From Histomonas meleagridis 2922-C6/04-290x (Eukaryota; Protista; Parabasalia): a DNA stretch of 64,000 nucleotides. The notes under the pieces were generated by a model, which was given only the letters and a program-made list of their open reading frames with translations, was not told the origin of the DNA and searched no databases. The position numbers and the translations under genes are program-made. The stretch is taken from contig JAANOX010000037.1 of the NCBI GenBank assembly GCA_020184695.1, forward strand, positions 310,001-374,000, read 5' to 3'. Below are positions 42,271 to 53,769 of this stretch, piece by piece (the first letter of the stretch is position 1; each line of letters opens with the position of its first letter).

Positions 42271-42486
42271 AAAATTCTGTAATATATATTATAGAAATAG
42301 AACTTCTTTTTATAACTAAAAATCACTTTAATACATATTTTTTATATTCGTCAAATCAAATCCGCAAGTAATGTAATCATTAGAATTTATATACTTATGA
42401 TATAATTTAATTAATTAATTTAATTTCAAAATAACATTATATTTCATTGTTAAATTTATCTTTAAAAATTTATTTAGGTTAATCAT

Positions 42487-44679
42487 TTATTCAGAACATT
42501 CTTTTGCAAGTATAATGGATACTGTCGTTTCACTATTTTCGGCATTAAACCAAAATCCAATTGCAATTTTATCGAAATCGCCAAGCAACAAAGTCTTTGA
42601 CCCTTCGGTAATTTTTTGAATAATCACTTTTAATGTTGATTCATCATTACCTTTCGCATTTACGTATGTTCCATCCGCTTTCGAATACAAATTAGGAACA
42701 AGTTCTTTCGTAAATGCATTAGAGCTTATAATTATTTTACGTTCTCCTATAACACGTGCATAAGCTTTCGTTTGTTTAATAAGTTTCTGTCCTTTTTCAT
42801 TATTAGCTGATGGGAAACTTAGTTCATTAAGTCCATTCTGTTTTCGAAATGTATTAATCGAATCAAATAATATTCGCGACCGTTTTTCGAAGAAACCGTT
42901 TGCGGTGGCACTTTTTCTCGGTGATTCACTTTTGTTTACGCTGATGTTGGAATTGGAAGTTGTGCCTTCGTATATGAGAATCGCACAGACGTCACGATCT
43001 GGGTCTTCATAGAAACCAATTCCAATGTTATTAAAATGCGTGAGTGCTTTAACTGATTCTTGATCATTTACATAATGTTTGGCAATTTGACCGTTAAGTA
43101 ATTGCTTAAACAAATATGAAGTAAACTTATTGAAGTTTTGATTTTTATAATTTCTGAAGTTTTGTTTAAGATCTTTTTCATTGTTTCTTCCTTTGTTTTT
43201 CTCAAGCATCTCATTGAGTGAGGTTGAAAGAGATGCATCGAAATTAAATGGTGGAAGATTATGTTTTGAACGGATTTCATTAAGACAAGAAAGAATTTGA
43301 TTTAATTTCATCGTACGATTGTCAGTTAAATTCTCTTGATTTGAACTTGTTATTTCATTTTTATTTGTATTTTGTTGTGTTTGTTCCGGCACTTTTTCAT
43401 AATCTTCGCAATTAGTTTTCACTTCGGAAGCATCGCTTTGACTTGATGTTTCTTTATATCTATACTTTTCCATATCATCCATGTTCAATGGCTTAAAATT
43501 CAATGGATTTAATTCGAGTGTTGAAGTTCCATCGGACAAATTTCCATTTAATGATAAATTCAAATCATCGTCATCTTTAAAATCATCCAAAGAACCTCTT
43601 TTTGCATCTTCAAACATCAAAGGCATTTCATCACCATCTGATGAGGAAGTAAAATCTGGTGGTAATGGCTTTGATTTTAAGTTTAAAAGTGGGTTAACAG
43701 ATCTTGGCTGTGGATCAGAGAGATTTGCATCCATTGAAAGGGTTCTGGACACAGGAAGAGCAACTTTGTTTGTGAGAGAAAAGTCGCATGTGTGAACTTT
43801 TGAGTAAAAACGCCTTTTTTCATGTAAACTTACCTTTTGTGATGAAGGTGAGCCAAGAATTGATGAACTTGGAGGAAAGACTCCAACAATAGTAATAGTT
43901 ATTACATTATCTTGTGTGTTGATGAAGAAATTGATAGATTGAAGAAATGATGTGCAAATATTTGTGAAGCCAGGTGATAAAAATAATTGACCAATAGGAC
44001 TTGGGAGCATAGGACCAACAATTATTGTAGATGTTGCAAAAAGTCCGGTCTTTGTTGATGATAATAAATTTGTATTTTTGTTTGTGTTGATTTCTTTTGC
44101 ATAATTAAGCAAACTTTCGTCAATTTTGAATAATGGAAGATGTAAAATTTTTCTGTAATTGTTTATTAGTGTTAATAAATTATCAGAAGAAAATTCCATT
44201 GTATCATTTTGTGTTTTTTCAATAAAAGCTTGAGTGTTGGTTTGAAGTTCAGTAATTTTTATCCTTGCAATAATTAAAACTAGGAATATTTTTCTGGAAT
44301 TAAATATTAAAATTCCAATTCCAAAGTTTGTAATGTTACCAGAAAGTAATTCTTCATAACCTTCCTCTAGCCGAAGCCTTTGATGAATTGATTGAATAAT
44401 ATCTGGCGTATTGTTTAAAGAAATGGAAAAAGGAGTTGACATTTCCAAAACAAATTCTTTATATAATTCTACATTTGGAATTAAGTTCCTCCTCTTATCT
44501 GGATTGAGTGCAATAATATTTGGTGGATTTTTTGGGTATTGATTTGTCATTAATTGGGCGAGTATTTCCAAATGTTTATGAATTGCAATTGACTGATTTG
44601 ATACTCTGTCATTTTGTAACATTTTGCATAGTTTTTCTTCATAAATATTTAGCTTTAAGTGCTCGCCTGCATTCTTCAT
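42487..44679 (-). CDS. Hypothetical protein with repeated CAP/SCP-like domains
   Basis: Repeated (I/L)N.(Y/I/F)R....L..(F/L) and IGIG(F/I) motifs typical of CAP folds, flanking an acidic linker. Confidence 0.6.
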   Translation of the reverse strand: MKNAGEHLKLNIYEEKLCKMLQNDRVSNQSIAIHKHLEILAQLMTNQYPKNPPNIIALNPDKRRNLIPNVELYKEFVLEMSTPFSISLNNTPDIIQSIHQRLRLEEGYEELLSGNITNFGIGILIFNSRKIFLVLIIARIKITELQTNTQAFIEKTQNDTMEFSSDNLLTLINNYRKILHLPLFKIDESLLNYAKEINTNKNTNLLSSTKTGLFATSTIIVGPMLPSPIGQLFLSPGFTNICTSFLQSINFFINTQDNVITITIVGVFPPSSSILGSPSSQKVSLHEKRRFYSKVHTCDFSLTNKVALPVSRTLSMDANLSDPQPRSVNPLLNLKSKPLPPDFTSSSDGDEMPLMFEDAKRGSLDDFKDDDDLNLSLNGNLSDGTSTLELNPLNFKPLNMDDMEKYRYKETSSQSDASEVKTNCEDYEKVPEQTQQNTNKNEITSSNQENLTDNRTMKLNQILSCLNEIRSKHNLPPFNFDASLSTSLNEMLEKNKGRNNEKDLKQNFRNYKNQNFNKFTSYLFKQLLNGQIAKHYVNDQESVKALTHFNNIGIGFYEDPDRDVCAILIYEGTTSNSNISVNKSESPRKSATANGFFEKRSRILFDSINTFRKQNGLNELSFPSANNEKGQKLIKQTKAYARVIGERKIIISSNAFTKELVPNLYSKADGTYVNAKGNDESTLKVIIQKITEGSKTLLLGDFDKIAIGFWFNAENSETTVSIILAKECSE

Positions 44680-44789
44680 TTATTTAAACAGACAAACTGT
44701 TTTTTTTGTATAGTTTATTACAATCCAACAGATTTCCGCGGTAAAAAACAAACGGTCCCTTATCGTATAAACGGTCGTGCTCTGGCCAA

Positions 44790-45431
44790 ATGAGCTCAAA
44801 AGCGGCAGCAAGAAAAGAAAAACTTAAAAGAGAAACAGAAATAATTAATGCAAAAATGCAAAAAGTAAAGTTTGCAAATGAAAATGAAGATAATCTCTCT
44901 GATTTAAAAATATTTAAGCATTTTTCAAAAAATGGTATAAATGCAGAAATTAATTATTTCAAGGAAATTCCAGAGGAATACAAAAATTGGGTATTCGATT
45001 TAACTGAAAGAAATATGAAAGATATGTATGAAAAAACATGGGGATGGAATGAAAAAAAGAAAAAACTCGAATTATTTAGCCCATTATCTCGCTATCTCAT
45101 TGCAATTACACCTGAAAAACCAATAGGCTTTGCTCATATCAGATTTGAATATGAACATAACTTAGTAAGAATATATATTATGGAATTCCAAATAGAAAAA
45201 GAATACCAAGGGAAAGGCCTTGGAAGGTTTTTACTTCAAGCTATCGAATTTATTGGTCTTAAGCGAGGAATGGAGATTATTATGTTAACCGTTTTCAGAA
45301 TTAACACTGGCGCACTTGCGTTTTACCACAAAATGCATTACTTCCCACATGAGCTCTCTCCATCAGTCGCTGATCCAACAGGTGCTTATGAATATGAAGT
45401 TCTTTGCAAATCTTTGGTTAAAAAACAATAA
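44790..45431 (+). CDS. NAA40: N-alpha-acetyltransferase 40 (NatD)-like GNAT
   Basis: WVFDLTERNMK.MYE..WGW...K..EL, YL.A...PIGF.H.RF, Y.ME.Q.....QGKGLG.FL, MLTVF..N..A..FY, YEVL.K. Confidence 0.88.
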   Translation: MSSKAAARKEKLKRETEIINAKMQKVKFANENEDNLSDLKIFKHFSKNGINAEINYFKEIPEEYKNWVFDLTERNMKDMYEKTWGWNEKKKKLELFSPLSRYLIAITPEKPIGFAHIRFEYEHNLVRIYIMEFQIEKEYQGKGLGRFLLQAIEFIGLKRGMEIIMLTVFRINTGALAFYHKMHYFPHELSPSVADPTGAYEYEVLCKSLVKKQ

Positions 45432-45656
45432 AAAAATATTTTTGTTTCTATAGTTTTCGATTATATTATCATTCGAAGATTTTGTGTTTAACCATTTTAC
45501 ATTGTGAACAAACAAGTTCAATGTTTCTTAAAGCGATTCGCTCTATTTCACTGTATTAACATAAAAAATGGTAAACGAAAATATTCAAATTTTGTTAAAT
45601 TGCGTTTTGATTAATATAACATAATTTTTATTTATGATTAAATCATAACAATTTTC

Positions 45657-48600
45657 CTACAAAAGCCATTTGTCATCATCCTCAAGGATCAGTGCTATGT
45701 GCGTCAAGTCTATATCATCGGATCTTGTGTCATATTCCGTCGACACATGTTTCGTTATACTTTTCATCGCTTGTTTTCTTTTATATTTTTCTTCGTCATC
45801 TTGTTTCTGATGCCTCACGAGGAAAATTATGATTCCCGATAACAATAAGACAAATCCAATAGATCCGCAAATTAAGCCAATTAATATATTTTGATTGTTT
45901 TCTTTTTGTTGAACTGCAGATTTGAGCAAAATTGTGAAGAAGTTGGAATAGTAACTGTAGTGCGATGTGTAATATAAAACAGAGTACGTGTAATATATGA
46001 AGTTGGTGGAAACATATGTATTCGTGGTGCTGACTGATGACTTAACAAATGTGACGGAAGAAAACGAGTCGACAAGAGTAATGGTGCGCGTAATCGAGAC
46101 TGAATATATAATAACATATGAAAATGTTATTGTGGCATCAAATGGATATGAAGATGTAAATGAGTTCGACTGCGTGATTGCATTTGAACTCGTAAATGTA
46201 TTACTTTTCGTAAATGAATTTGTTTTTGAAAATGTATTCGATTGCGAAAATGGATTCGACTTAGTGAAAGTATTCGATTCAGTAAATGTATTACTTTGTG
46301 TAAATGCGTTCGAAGGTGTGAACGTGTTGCTTTGCGAGAACGTGAGCGTTGGAGGGAGGCATTCATCGATGACTGTTCCCTTTGAGACATTCAACGACCC
46401 AAATGTTGGGTTTTTGTACGAGTTATTCGTCATAACGCTTGTTGCAGGAACGCCAGAAAACGTTTTTTCTGTTATTGTTGGCTCATTTTCACCGAAGAAA
46501 TAAATACACTTCAGATTTTCACATGAGGAGAATGCAGACTCGCCAATTTCAATTACATTTTCTCTGATGATAACAGTTTCCAAATTCGCGCATGATAAAA
46601 ATGCGTTTTTTCCAATTGTTGTAACTGTTACAGGAATTTCAAATCTATCATTTGTTCTTCCAATCGGATAACAAACAATTTCATTAATTTCTTTATCATA
46701 AAGAATTCCATCATTTTCATAATTTGCGTAATTTGAGTTATCTTTTGATACATTAATAATTTGAAGTTTACTGCATAAATTAAAAGCATTTGTATTAATA
46801 TCATTTATTTTACTTGTAATTGTGATATTTACTAATGAAGTACACGAATGAAATGCATAGCTCAATATTTTGGTTACGCTTTCGCCAAAAACAATTGTTT
46901 TTAACAGAGAACATTCAGCTAAAAAATCATTTGGAATTACTTTTACATTTTCTCCGATAACAACTGTTTCTAAATTTTTACATCGATTAAATGCACTATT
47001 TCCAATTGTTTCAACCTTATTTGGAATTGTGAAATTTTTTAAGGAAGAACATGAACAAAAAGAAAAATTTCCAATTTCTTTAACATTTTCTCCAATAATA
47101 ACTGTTTCCAAATTATACAAATTATAAAAAGCATAATCACAAATTTCTTTAACATTTTCTCCGATAATAACTTTTTTTAAATTATTACATGATGAAAATG
47201 CATAATTTCCAATTATTGTAACTGTTTCAGGAATTTCAAATATTTCATTTGTTTTCCCAACAGGATAAATAATTAATTTGCTTATGTTTTTATTATAAAG
47301 AACTCCATCATATTCATAACTTGCAAAATTTAAATTCTCTATTGATACATTAAAAGCTTGAAAGTTAATACATACACCAAAAGCATCGACTTCAATTGTT
47401 TCAACATTACTTGGAATTGTGATACTTGTTAATGATTTACAAGAAGAAAATGCTTGACTTTCTATTATTTTTAAATTATCTCCGAGAATAATTGTTTCTA
47501 AATTTTCACAAAAATAAAATGCTTCAACTCCAATTGTTGTTACACTTTCTCCAATAATAATTTTCAAATTATTACATGAATAAAATGCATTACGATCAAT
47601 GTCTCTAACAGTATTCGGAATTTCGAATACTTCATTCGTTCTTCCAATAGGATAACATATAATTTGAATGAGTGAATGAGTATAAAGAATTCCATCATTT
47701 TCATAATTTGCATAATATGGATTTTGCTTTGAGACATTAATAACTTGAAGCTGAACGCATAAAAGAAAAGTATTCGCATATAACGTCTTCACACGACTTG
47801 GAATCGTGATATTTACTAATGACTTACATGAAGCAAATGCTTGAACTTGAATTGTTGTGACATTTTCTCCAATGATAATTGAATTGAGATTATTACAAGA
47901 AGAAAATGCATACGACATAATGTAATTGACTGCTTCGCCAATTTTAACTGTTTCTAAATTCCAGCCTATAAATGCTTTTTCAGTTATTTTAATAATACTG
48001 TCAATAACAACGTGTAATGCACTGCTTTGATATTGTTCTCTTGTATCAAAATCAGAATTATTGTTGATATAAAAGATTTTATTGATTGGGTCAAATGATT
48101 CAAATGAATGAGCGATAAATATAATAAAAAAACATAGAATTGAAATTGATTTAATGTTTGAAATTTTACTTCGAAATATTTCTTTGTTAAAAAAGCAAAA
48201 AACAAAAAACAAAATTGAACTGGCTATAAGGCCTATGTGAATGTTCGGTAGTGAGTTGTTGATAAAATTTGATGGGATAGAAAAAATTATTGATTTTTCT
48301 GTTGAAAGATATTTTTGCTTGGAACTGGACAAAGTGTTAATTAAACAAGAAAACATTGGTCTTAAGCCATCATTTATATTATTGGAATACTGATGATCAA
48401 AAGAATTATGGATGGACTTTTTGATACCGATGAAATTACATCCAGTGGAACACATAGCATCAACGCCTAAGCTTATGCGTTTATTTTTGTCATTAGTATG
48501 AACGTTATATTTCATTTTATTGCAATTTAAAAATGTCTGTATTTTGTGTTTGCATGCGTTTTTTCTGTACATCACATGTAAGATAAGGCACGTAATAAAA

Positions 48601-48728
48601 GTAAAAGATATTAAGTATGGGAATTTAATGATTTGTGCCCAATTTCGCATTTTGCAAAATTTTGTGTTGATGGAGCAAATATAATTCAGAGCTTTACAAA
48701 TCCGGCCACAGTCTGACACGACATTCAA
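45657..48728 (-). CDS. BspA-like leucine-rich-repeat surface protein (true start probably downstream of the annotated one)
   Basis: Many TpLRR repeats (IGENV..I...AF..C..L), FTQSN stalk repeats, TM ILIGLICGSIGFVLLLSGIIIFLV, acidic tail. Confidence 0.88.
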   Translation of the reverse strand: MNVVSDCGRICKALNYICSINTKFCKMRNWAQIIKFPYLISFTFITCLILHVMYRKNACKHKIQTFLNCNKMKYNVHTNDKNKRISLGVDAMCSTGCNFIGIKKSIHNSFDHQYSNNINDGLRPMFSCLINTLSSSKQKYLSTEKSIIFSIPSNFINNSLPNIHIGLIASSILFFVFCFFNKEIFRSKISNIKSISILCFFIIFIAHSFESFDPINKIFYINNNSDFDTREQYQSSALHVVIDSIIKITEKAFIGWNLETVKIGEAVNYIMSYAFSSCNNLNSIIIGENVTTIQVQAFASCKSLVNITIPSRVKTLYANTFLLCVQLQVINVSKQNPYYANYENDGILYTHSLIQIICYPIGRTNEVFEIPNTVRDIDRNAFYSCNNLKIIIGESVTTIGVEAFYFCENLETIILGDNLKIIESQAFSSCKSLTSITIPSNVETIEVDAFGVCINFQAFNVSIENLNFASYEYDGVLYNKNISKLIIYPVGKTNEIFEIPETVTIIGNYAFSSCNNLKKVIIGENVKEICDYAFYNLYNLETVIIGENVKEIGNFSFCSCSSLKNFTIPNKVETIGNSAFNRCKNLETVVIGENVKVIPNDFLAECSLLKTIVFGESVTKILSYAFHSCTSLVNITITSKINDINTNAFNLCSKLQIINVSKDNSNYANYENDGILYDKEINEIVCYPIGRTNDRFEIPVTVTTIGKNAFLSCANLETVIIRENVIEIGESAFSSCENLKCIYFFGENEPTITEKTFSGVPATSVMTNNSYKNPTFGSLNVSKGTVIDECLPPTLTFSQSNTFTPSNAFTQSNTFTESNTFTKSNPFSQSNTFSKTNSFTKSNTFTSSNAITQSNSFTSSYPFDATITFSYVIIYSVSITRTITLVDSFSSVTFVKSSVSTTNTYVSTNFIYYTYSVLYYTSHYSYYSNFFTILLKSAVQQKENNQNILIGLICGSIGFVLLLSGIIIFLVRHQKQDDEEKYKRKQAMKSITKHVSTEYDTRSDDIDLTHIALILEDDDKWLL

Positions 48729-48849
48729 AAAGTTAAACTGGTGGTTGGCCAGTAAAGTTTAGAACATTTAATATGGGAATTTTGACTATGATAACCTTAA
48801 ATGTTCCAAATTAATTTGAAAAGGAGAATTCATCTAAATATGTAAAAAT

Positions 48850-49050
48850 AATAATGAAGAACCTTCAAAGTAATGGAACATCATAAGAAATATATAAAAG
48901 AAGGACATAACCCAAATGCATTTGCAAAAATAATTCGAAATAATGAAATCGAAAAACTACAAAAATTGTCATCCCAAGTGATTATGATTTTAATGAAACA
49001 ATTGAGCCATCACTTTATACAAAATGTTTCATTACTTGGATATGCTACAT
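48850..49050 (+). pseudogene. Truncated DUF3447 fragment
   Basis: HKKYIKEGHNPNAFAKIIRNNEIEKLQKLSSQ vs HKKLIKEGHNPTVIAKIIRNDEIEQLQEISSQ in the 4135 gene; homology then breaks by frameshift. Confidence 0.7.
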
Positions 49051-49425
49051 TTTTGTTTTTATCATATGCTTTGAGTTATAAAAATAGAAAGATATTATAT
49101 GCAATTAGAAAATTTATGCTTCGATTTTACTTGTTGTTTTAATGAGGATGAATTGACGATTTCGGTGAAATCAAAAATATTTTTGGGCATATTGAATTGA
49201 AGAATATTAAACAGAAAATGCCATTGTTTCAAAACAAATTTTCGATGTTTTGGAAATTATTTTGCATAAACATCAAAAATTTTTGATCTTAAAATCTATT
49301 TTGGAAGCATTAGTTTTATAAAACAAAATATCTTTATCATAATAGTACTCATTGTGTTGAACAAGAATTTCAAAGTATTATATTTAAAGTGCCAAGTATA
49401 AGCTAAGTTTAGCTTCAAACTTCAA

Positions 49426-49923
49426 ATGCAGAACCAGAAAAATGCTGTCGAGCTAAAAGAAATTTTCAGGAATATTAATGAGCTTATGAATACTTCTGAG
49501 AAAATGTTACAGAAAGGAGCACACAACTTACAAAATAATGCAAATGAGAAAGAAAATAAAACAAAAAATGAAACAAATGTTCGTATTGAAGATGTTCTAC
49601 CAGTCAGTTCTTATGATCCACCACAAATGGATTTTGCTACCGAACAATTTATTGGTGTCAACGATAATTTTAAAAATGTAGATATTGAAACGTATGCTAA
49701 TGCAAGAATTCGTACATACGAAACCACAGGAAAGCTTATTAATTTTTTGATAAATGAATTACCATTTATTTCAGATACAGTTATGCGTAATCCTTTGTGT
49801 CAGGAAATATCATGTGACATAGAATTTTTGAGAGCTGATTTAGACACAAGATATCAATACTCATCTTTTCTCGATTCAACGTTGAGCGATCAAATTTCAA
49901 AAATAAGTGAAAATAATGAATAA
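49426..49923 (+). CDS. Hypothetical protein
   Basis: 165-aa ATG ORF with coding-like composition. Confidence 0.6.
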   Translation: MQNQKNAVELKEIFRNINELMNTSEKMLQKGAHNLQNNANEKENKTKNETNVRIEDVLPVSSYDPPQMDFATEQFIGVNDNFKNVDIETYANARIRTYETTGKLINFLINELPFISDTVMRNPLCQEISCDIEFLRADLDTRYQYSSFLDSTLSDQISKISENNE

Positions 49924-50284
49924 AAAATGTAATTTCTTTCAGCTTTGATGTGTTTTATAACAAAATCGAACGAAGAAATAAATGCCAGGTTTTTATTTGC
50001 AAATGCCACGAAATTTCTATCGTCCTTTAAAAAAAACATAAAGTTATGAAATTCCGCTTTCAAAATTGTTGGAAGCGGCAACGTTGCCATAAACAACAGT
50101 CCCAACATTTTCACGAGTTAAAAATTTAAAACATGATCTTTTCTTGTCTGATTAAACATGTGCTTTAGTTTCCTTACTTCTAAACTTCATTTTTTTTTTC
50201 TTTCATGGGAAGTTTTGTTTTATTCATTTTCCAATCGTTTTTATCTGCCACACAAAAAGTTATTTTGAATGATCAGAAATTTTA

Positions 50285-50747
50285 ATGACCGCGAGACATT
50301 TGAAACAAAAGAAGACTTTCCATACAAAATCAGTCAATTTTGATATAAAACTGACAAAACGCAAAAGGAGCAAAGATGATCCAAATTGACGAATGGGCTG
50401 CCGAAAGAGATTTCGATGAATGGGAACTTGACTACAAAGGATTCCAAACAGGTGAAGATGAAGATCAGATAACAACAATGAATTCTTTACCAACAACACA
50501 GAAATATATACAAGGTCCATATCCAGAAGTTGAAATAGGGTCTTCTTCTGATGATGAGGCTCCTCCAGTACCCCAATCTTCATTACTTGCCAGAGAAAAC
50601 CTTGAATTGAAAGCAAGAGTAAACAGTTTAATGCAAAGAGATAAATCTTTAGAAATTGCGAACAGTAACCTCAAAACTCAACTCGTTAAATGCCGTTCAA
50701 ACTTTGCGAAGCAAGTGAAAGCTGGGTTTAAGAAATTGTTTAAATGA
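50285..50747 (+). CDS. Hypothetical coiled-coil protein (possible 1-nt frameshift near 50384)
   Basis: Main ORF 50376-50747; the overlapping upstream ORF from ATG 50285 joins it if one A of 50383-50385 is removed. Confidence 0.55.
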
Positions 50748-50920
50748 AAAGAAAATTAATTTCCATAAAAATTGTTATAACTTTAACTCATATTTCAACT
50801 TATGTGGTTCTGATGTTTAAGAAGTTTTGCATAAAATATTTTGATCTGGATGGAGAAAAAAACTTTTTTACATTTGAAGAAATGTGTAAAGTATTCAATA
50901 TCAGGGTATCCCATCGTCAA

Positions 50921-53590
50921 ATGTCGACTTTTCTTCTCGGCCTTCGTTTTTTTGATAATAAAATAGAAAAATCATTGAACGGGTTAGTTCCTAATGAACT
51001 TGTTCATTCTACGTCAGGAAAAGGTTTTCTCTTTATATCTGATTCTATACAAAATATTCATAGAATTGACCATCATTTTGAAGTAAGAACTATATCCACA
51101 AATTTCGAATCAATAGAATATATTCAAGCCTCGCAAACTACACAACAAATTCTTGCAGCTGGGAAAACAGGAAGTACTTATTCAATTATAATCGAAGATA
51201 CCGAGAATTTTTCTGAACAAAATGACAGCTACATGTACCGTGTTGCAAATTCTTTTAATCTTTTAACAAAATCTAAAGCAACTGAACCTGCTTCATTATT
51301 TTGTTCATCATCTTCACTCTCATATATTGCTTTTAAGACATCATTAAATGAAATTCTTATTTTCAAGGCACCCTTTTCAGAAAAAAATAAACCATTTCAA
51401 CAATTCACAGTTTCAAATAATGTTGAAAAACTGCTTATTACAGAAAATGGAAATTTATTCCTTATTTCTCATGATTCTATTTCACTCCATTCAGTGTCTT
51501 CTAAGAATCAAACAATCATTGATAATCAAGGATGTAATCCAGATTTTGCCTTTTTAACTAAAAATGGTGGCATTGGATTTTTCCGTGATAAGAATGTATT
51601 TTTCTATAATATCCAATCCAATGGTCAAATTAAAAAAGATGTCACTGATTTATCAGCTGAAGGAACAGACTCACCTGTTTCTATTGGTGCCTTAGGTTCA
51701 TATTTTTACATTACATATCCATATAAAATCCAAGATTCAGTTCAACGTCTTAAAGTTATAGATCCAAATTATAATGTTCGAGCATTCCAGCAAAATCTAA
51801 CAAAGCCTCTCAAATTTGTTGAGATGCAATGGGGTGCCCTTATTATGGTTCAATCTGACAAACGTGTTCTCATGTTTTCAGAGGTTGACGATCAAGTCAA
51901 AGTTGATCGTTTCTGTCAGAAAAACCTATTCAAATTAGCTCTAACAATTGCCAATGAACTTCATCTTGGAGAAGAAGTCATTGCCAATATTCATAAACTT
52001 CAAGGCGATTTCTTTTATAGTGCAGCAAAATTTGAAGATGCCATTGATGAATATATTCAAACCATTGGCTTTGTTGAATCATCACATGTTATCCAAAAAT
52101 TTGTTGAACCACATCATGCACAAAATCTTATGAAATATCTTGATGCATTACAAAAGCGGAAGCTTGCCTCCAAACAACACACTACTTTATTATTTAATTG
52201 TTATACGAAAATCCGTGCGACTGGTCTATTAGAAGAAGCTGTTGCCAAATTTGTTAAAGCAGCTCAACGTGGGGAAGAACCCAATTTCGATGTTGAGACA
52301 GCTGTCGATGTTATGAAGCGGAATAACTATCAAAAACAAGCGGAAGAACTTGCGAAAGCATATGGCCATCACAAACTATATATGCAATTGTTATATGAAA
52401 ACCAAGATTACAAACATATCTTAGAGTACATGGAAACATTACCAGGCGAATTAGTATTATCGACGTTAACAGAATATGGCAGTGAAATCATGGACAATTA
52501 TGAAGAAGGACGTGAAGAACTTACGAAGTTTGCGGTCAAATGTTGCACAGTTGGCATTGAGAATCATAAAAAGCGTAAAAGCACACACACAATCATTGAT
52601 CCAAATAACTTATCAATGATATTTGTTAACAACAATGAAATGTATTTCGATTTCTTATATCAAATCTTTCAGTCGAATCCTGACAACTTATCAGATATGA
52701 TTTGGAACATTTTGATTGAGATGTCATTGCGTTCAAACTCAAGTAAAACTATGGAATTGTTACAATATCCGAACGCAAAATATTCAAGTGAACAAGTGTT
52801 GGTATATTTGACAGGTTTCAATCATTCGGAAGGTAAAATATATATCTATGAGAAGTTGGGTCTATACGCATTGATATTACAAGAATCGCCACCAGAGAAA
52901 TGTTTGGAGATCTGTTTAAAGTTTGGAGATAAAGATAAAACGCTTTGGAGTGATGCACTTGTAAAGTTATCAGTTTCAAATTTAAGTGACGAAAAAATTT
53001 TATCCCAATTTTTGGATGAAGTACAAAAACATGACGCTTTACCATTCTTAACAATCCTTAAAGTATTAAAAGGAACTAAAAAATCATTCTCTACAATATT
53101 ACCAGTGGTGCAGTCAGTGTTTAAGAAAGAACAACAATTGTTACATCAAGCTCAAAATAAAATCGATGATTATAATAAAAAGGCTGAAGAAAATAAAACG
53201 GTAATACAAAATTTGTCTACCCAAAATTTCGCTATAAACCAAACAAAATGCGCTAAATGTGGACAAGATATCGACTTCGAATCAAATCATTTTATGTGCG
53301 GCCATTCATTTCACATCACATGTCTCGGTGACTCTGACACTTTTTGCCCAATTTGTAGAAATAAATTCGAAAAAATCGTGGTAGAAAAAGTTAATAAAAT
53401 GGAAGCAGCTAGAAAACAAGAAAACGTGCAAAGTAAATTAAGTCAGGAAATTGACGGATTCGAGTTCTTGTTGAAACAAGTGGAAAATTCATTGTTCGCT
53501 TCCGGAATTAATTTGATGGCTCTCAACCAGGATGACGAGGAACTGAACGAGGCAAAGGAATTGTTGCAAAGAATGTCGACAAATACATGA
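50921..53590 (+). CDS. VPS11: VPS11-like HOPS/CORVET subunit
   Basis: N-terminal beta-propeller; IHKLQGDFFY...F..AI..YI.TIG..E.S.VI.KF; HTTLLFNCYTK; C-terminal RING (KCAKC...HF.CGHSFH..CL...CPIC). The likely ATG is 50921 (MSTFLLGLRFFD). Confidence 0.9.
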   Translation: MSTFLLGLRFFDNKIEKSLNGLVPNELVHSTSGKGFLFISDSIQNIHRIDHHFEVRTISTNFESIEYIQASQTTQQILAAGKTGSTYSIIIEDTENFSEQNDSYMYRVANSFNLLTKSKATEPASLFCSSSSLSYIAFKTSLNEILIFKAPFSEKNKPFQQFTVSNNVEKLLITENGNLFLISHDSISLHSVSSKNQTIIDNQGCNPDFAFLTKNGGIGFFRDKNVFFYNIQSNGQIKKDVTDLSAEGTDSPVSIGALGSYFYITYPYKIQDSVQRLKVIDPNYNVRAFQQNLTKPLKFVEMQWGALIMVQSDKRVLMFSEVDDQVKVDRFCQKNLFKLALTIANELHLGEEVIANIHKLQGDFFYSAAKFEDAIDEYIQTIGFVESSHVIQKFVEPHHAQNLMKYLDALQKRKLASKQHTTLLFNCYTKIRATGLLEEAVAKFVKAAQRGEEPNFDVETAVDVMKRNNYQKQAEELAKAYGHHKLYMQLLYENQDYKHILEYMETLPGELVLSTLTEYGSEIMDNYEEGREELTKFAVKCCTVGIENHKKRKSTHTIIDPNNLSMIFVNNNEMYFDFLYQIFQSNPDNLSDMIWNILIEMSLRSNSSKTMELLQYPNAKYSSEQVLVYLTGFNHSEGKIYIYEKLGLYALILQESPPEKCLEICLKFGDKDKTLWSDALVKLSVSNLSDEKILSQFLDEVQKHDALPFLTILKVLKGTKKSFSTILPVVQSVFKKEQQLLHQAQNKIDDYNKKAEENKTVIQNLSTQNFAINQTKCAKCGQDIDFESNHFMCGHSFHITCLGDSDTFCPICRNKFEKIVVEKVNKMEAARKQENVQSKLSQEIDGFEFLLKQVENSLFASGINLMALNQDDEELNEAKELLQRMSTNT

Positions 53591-53769
53591 CTAAACTGAT
53601 TTAATAACAGAAATTTGTGTTTGATGGTAAAAAGTGCGTTTTTCATAAGTTTACATATAAATTCAATAGCCAATGAAAAAATGGTTTTGTAAAGTAACGA
53701 TAGAATTAAGTGAGAGGTCAATTTGGCAACTTTACTTAGTCTAAGTTTATTTGTTCCATATGATATTAA

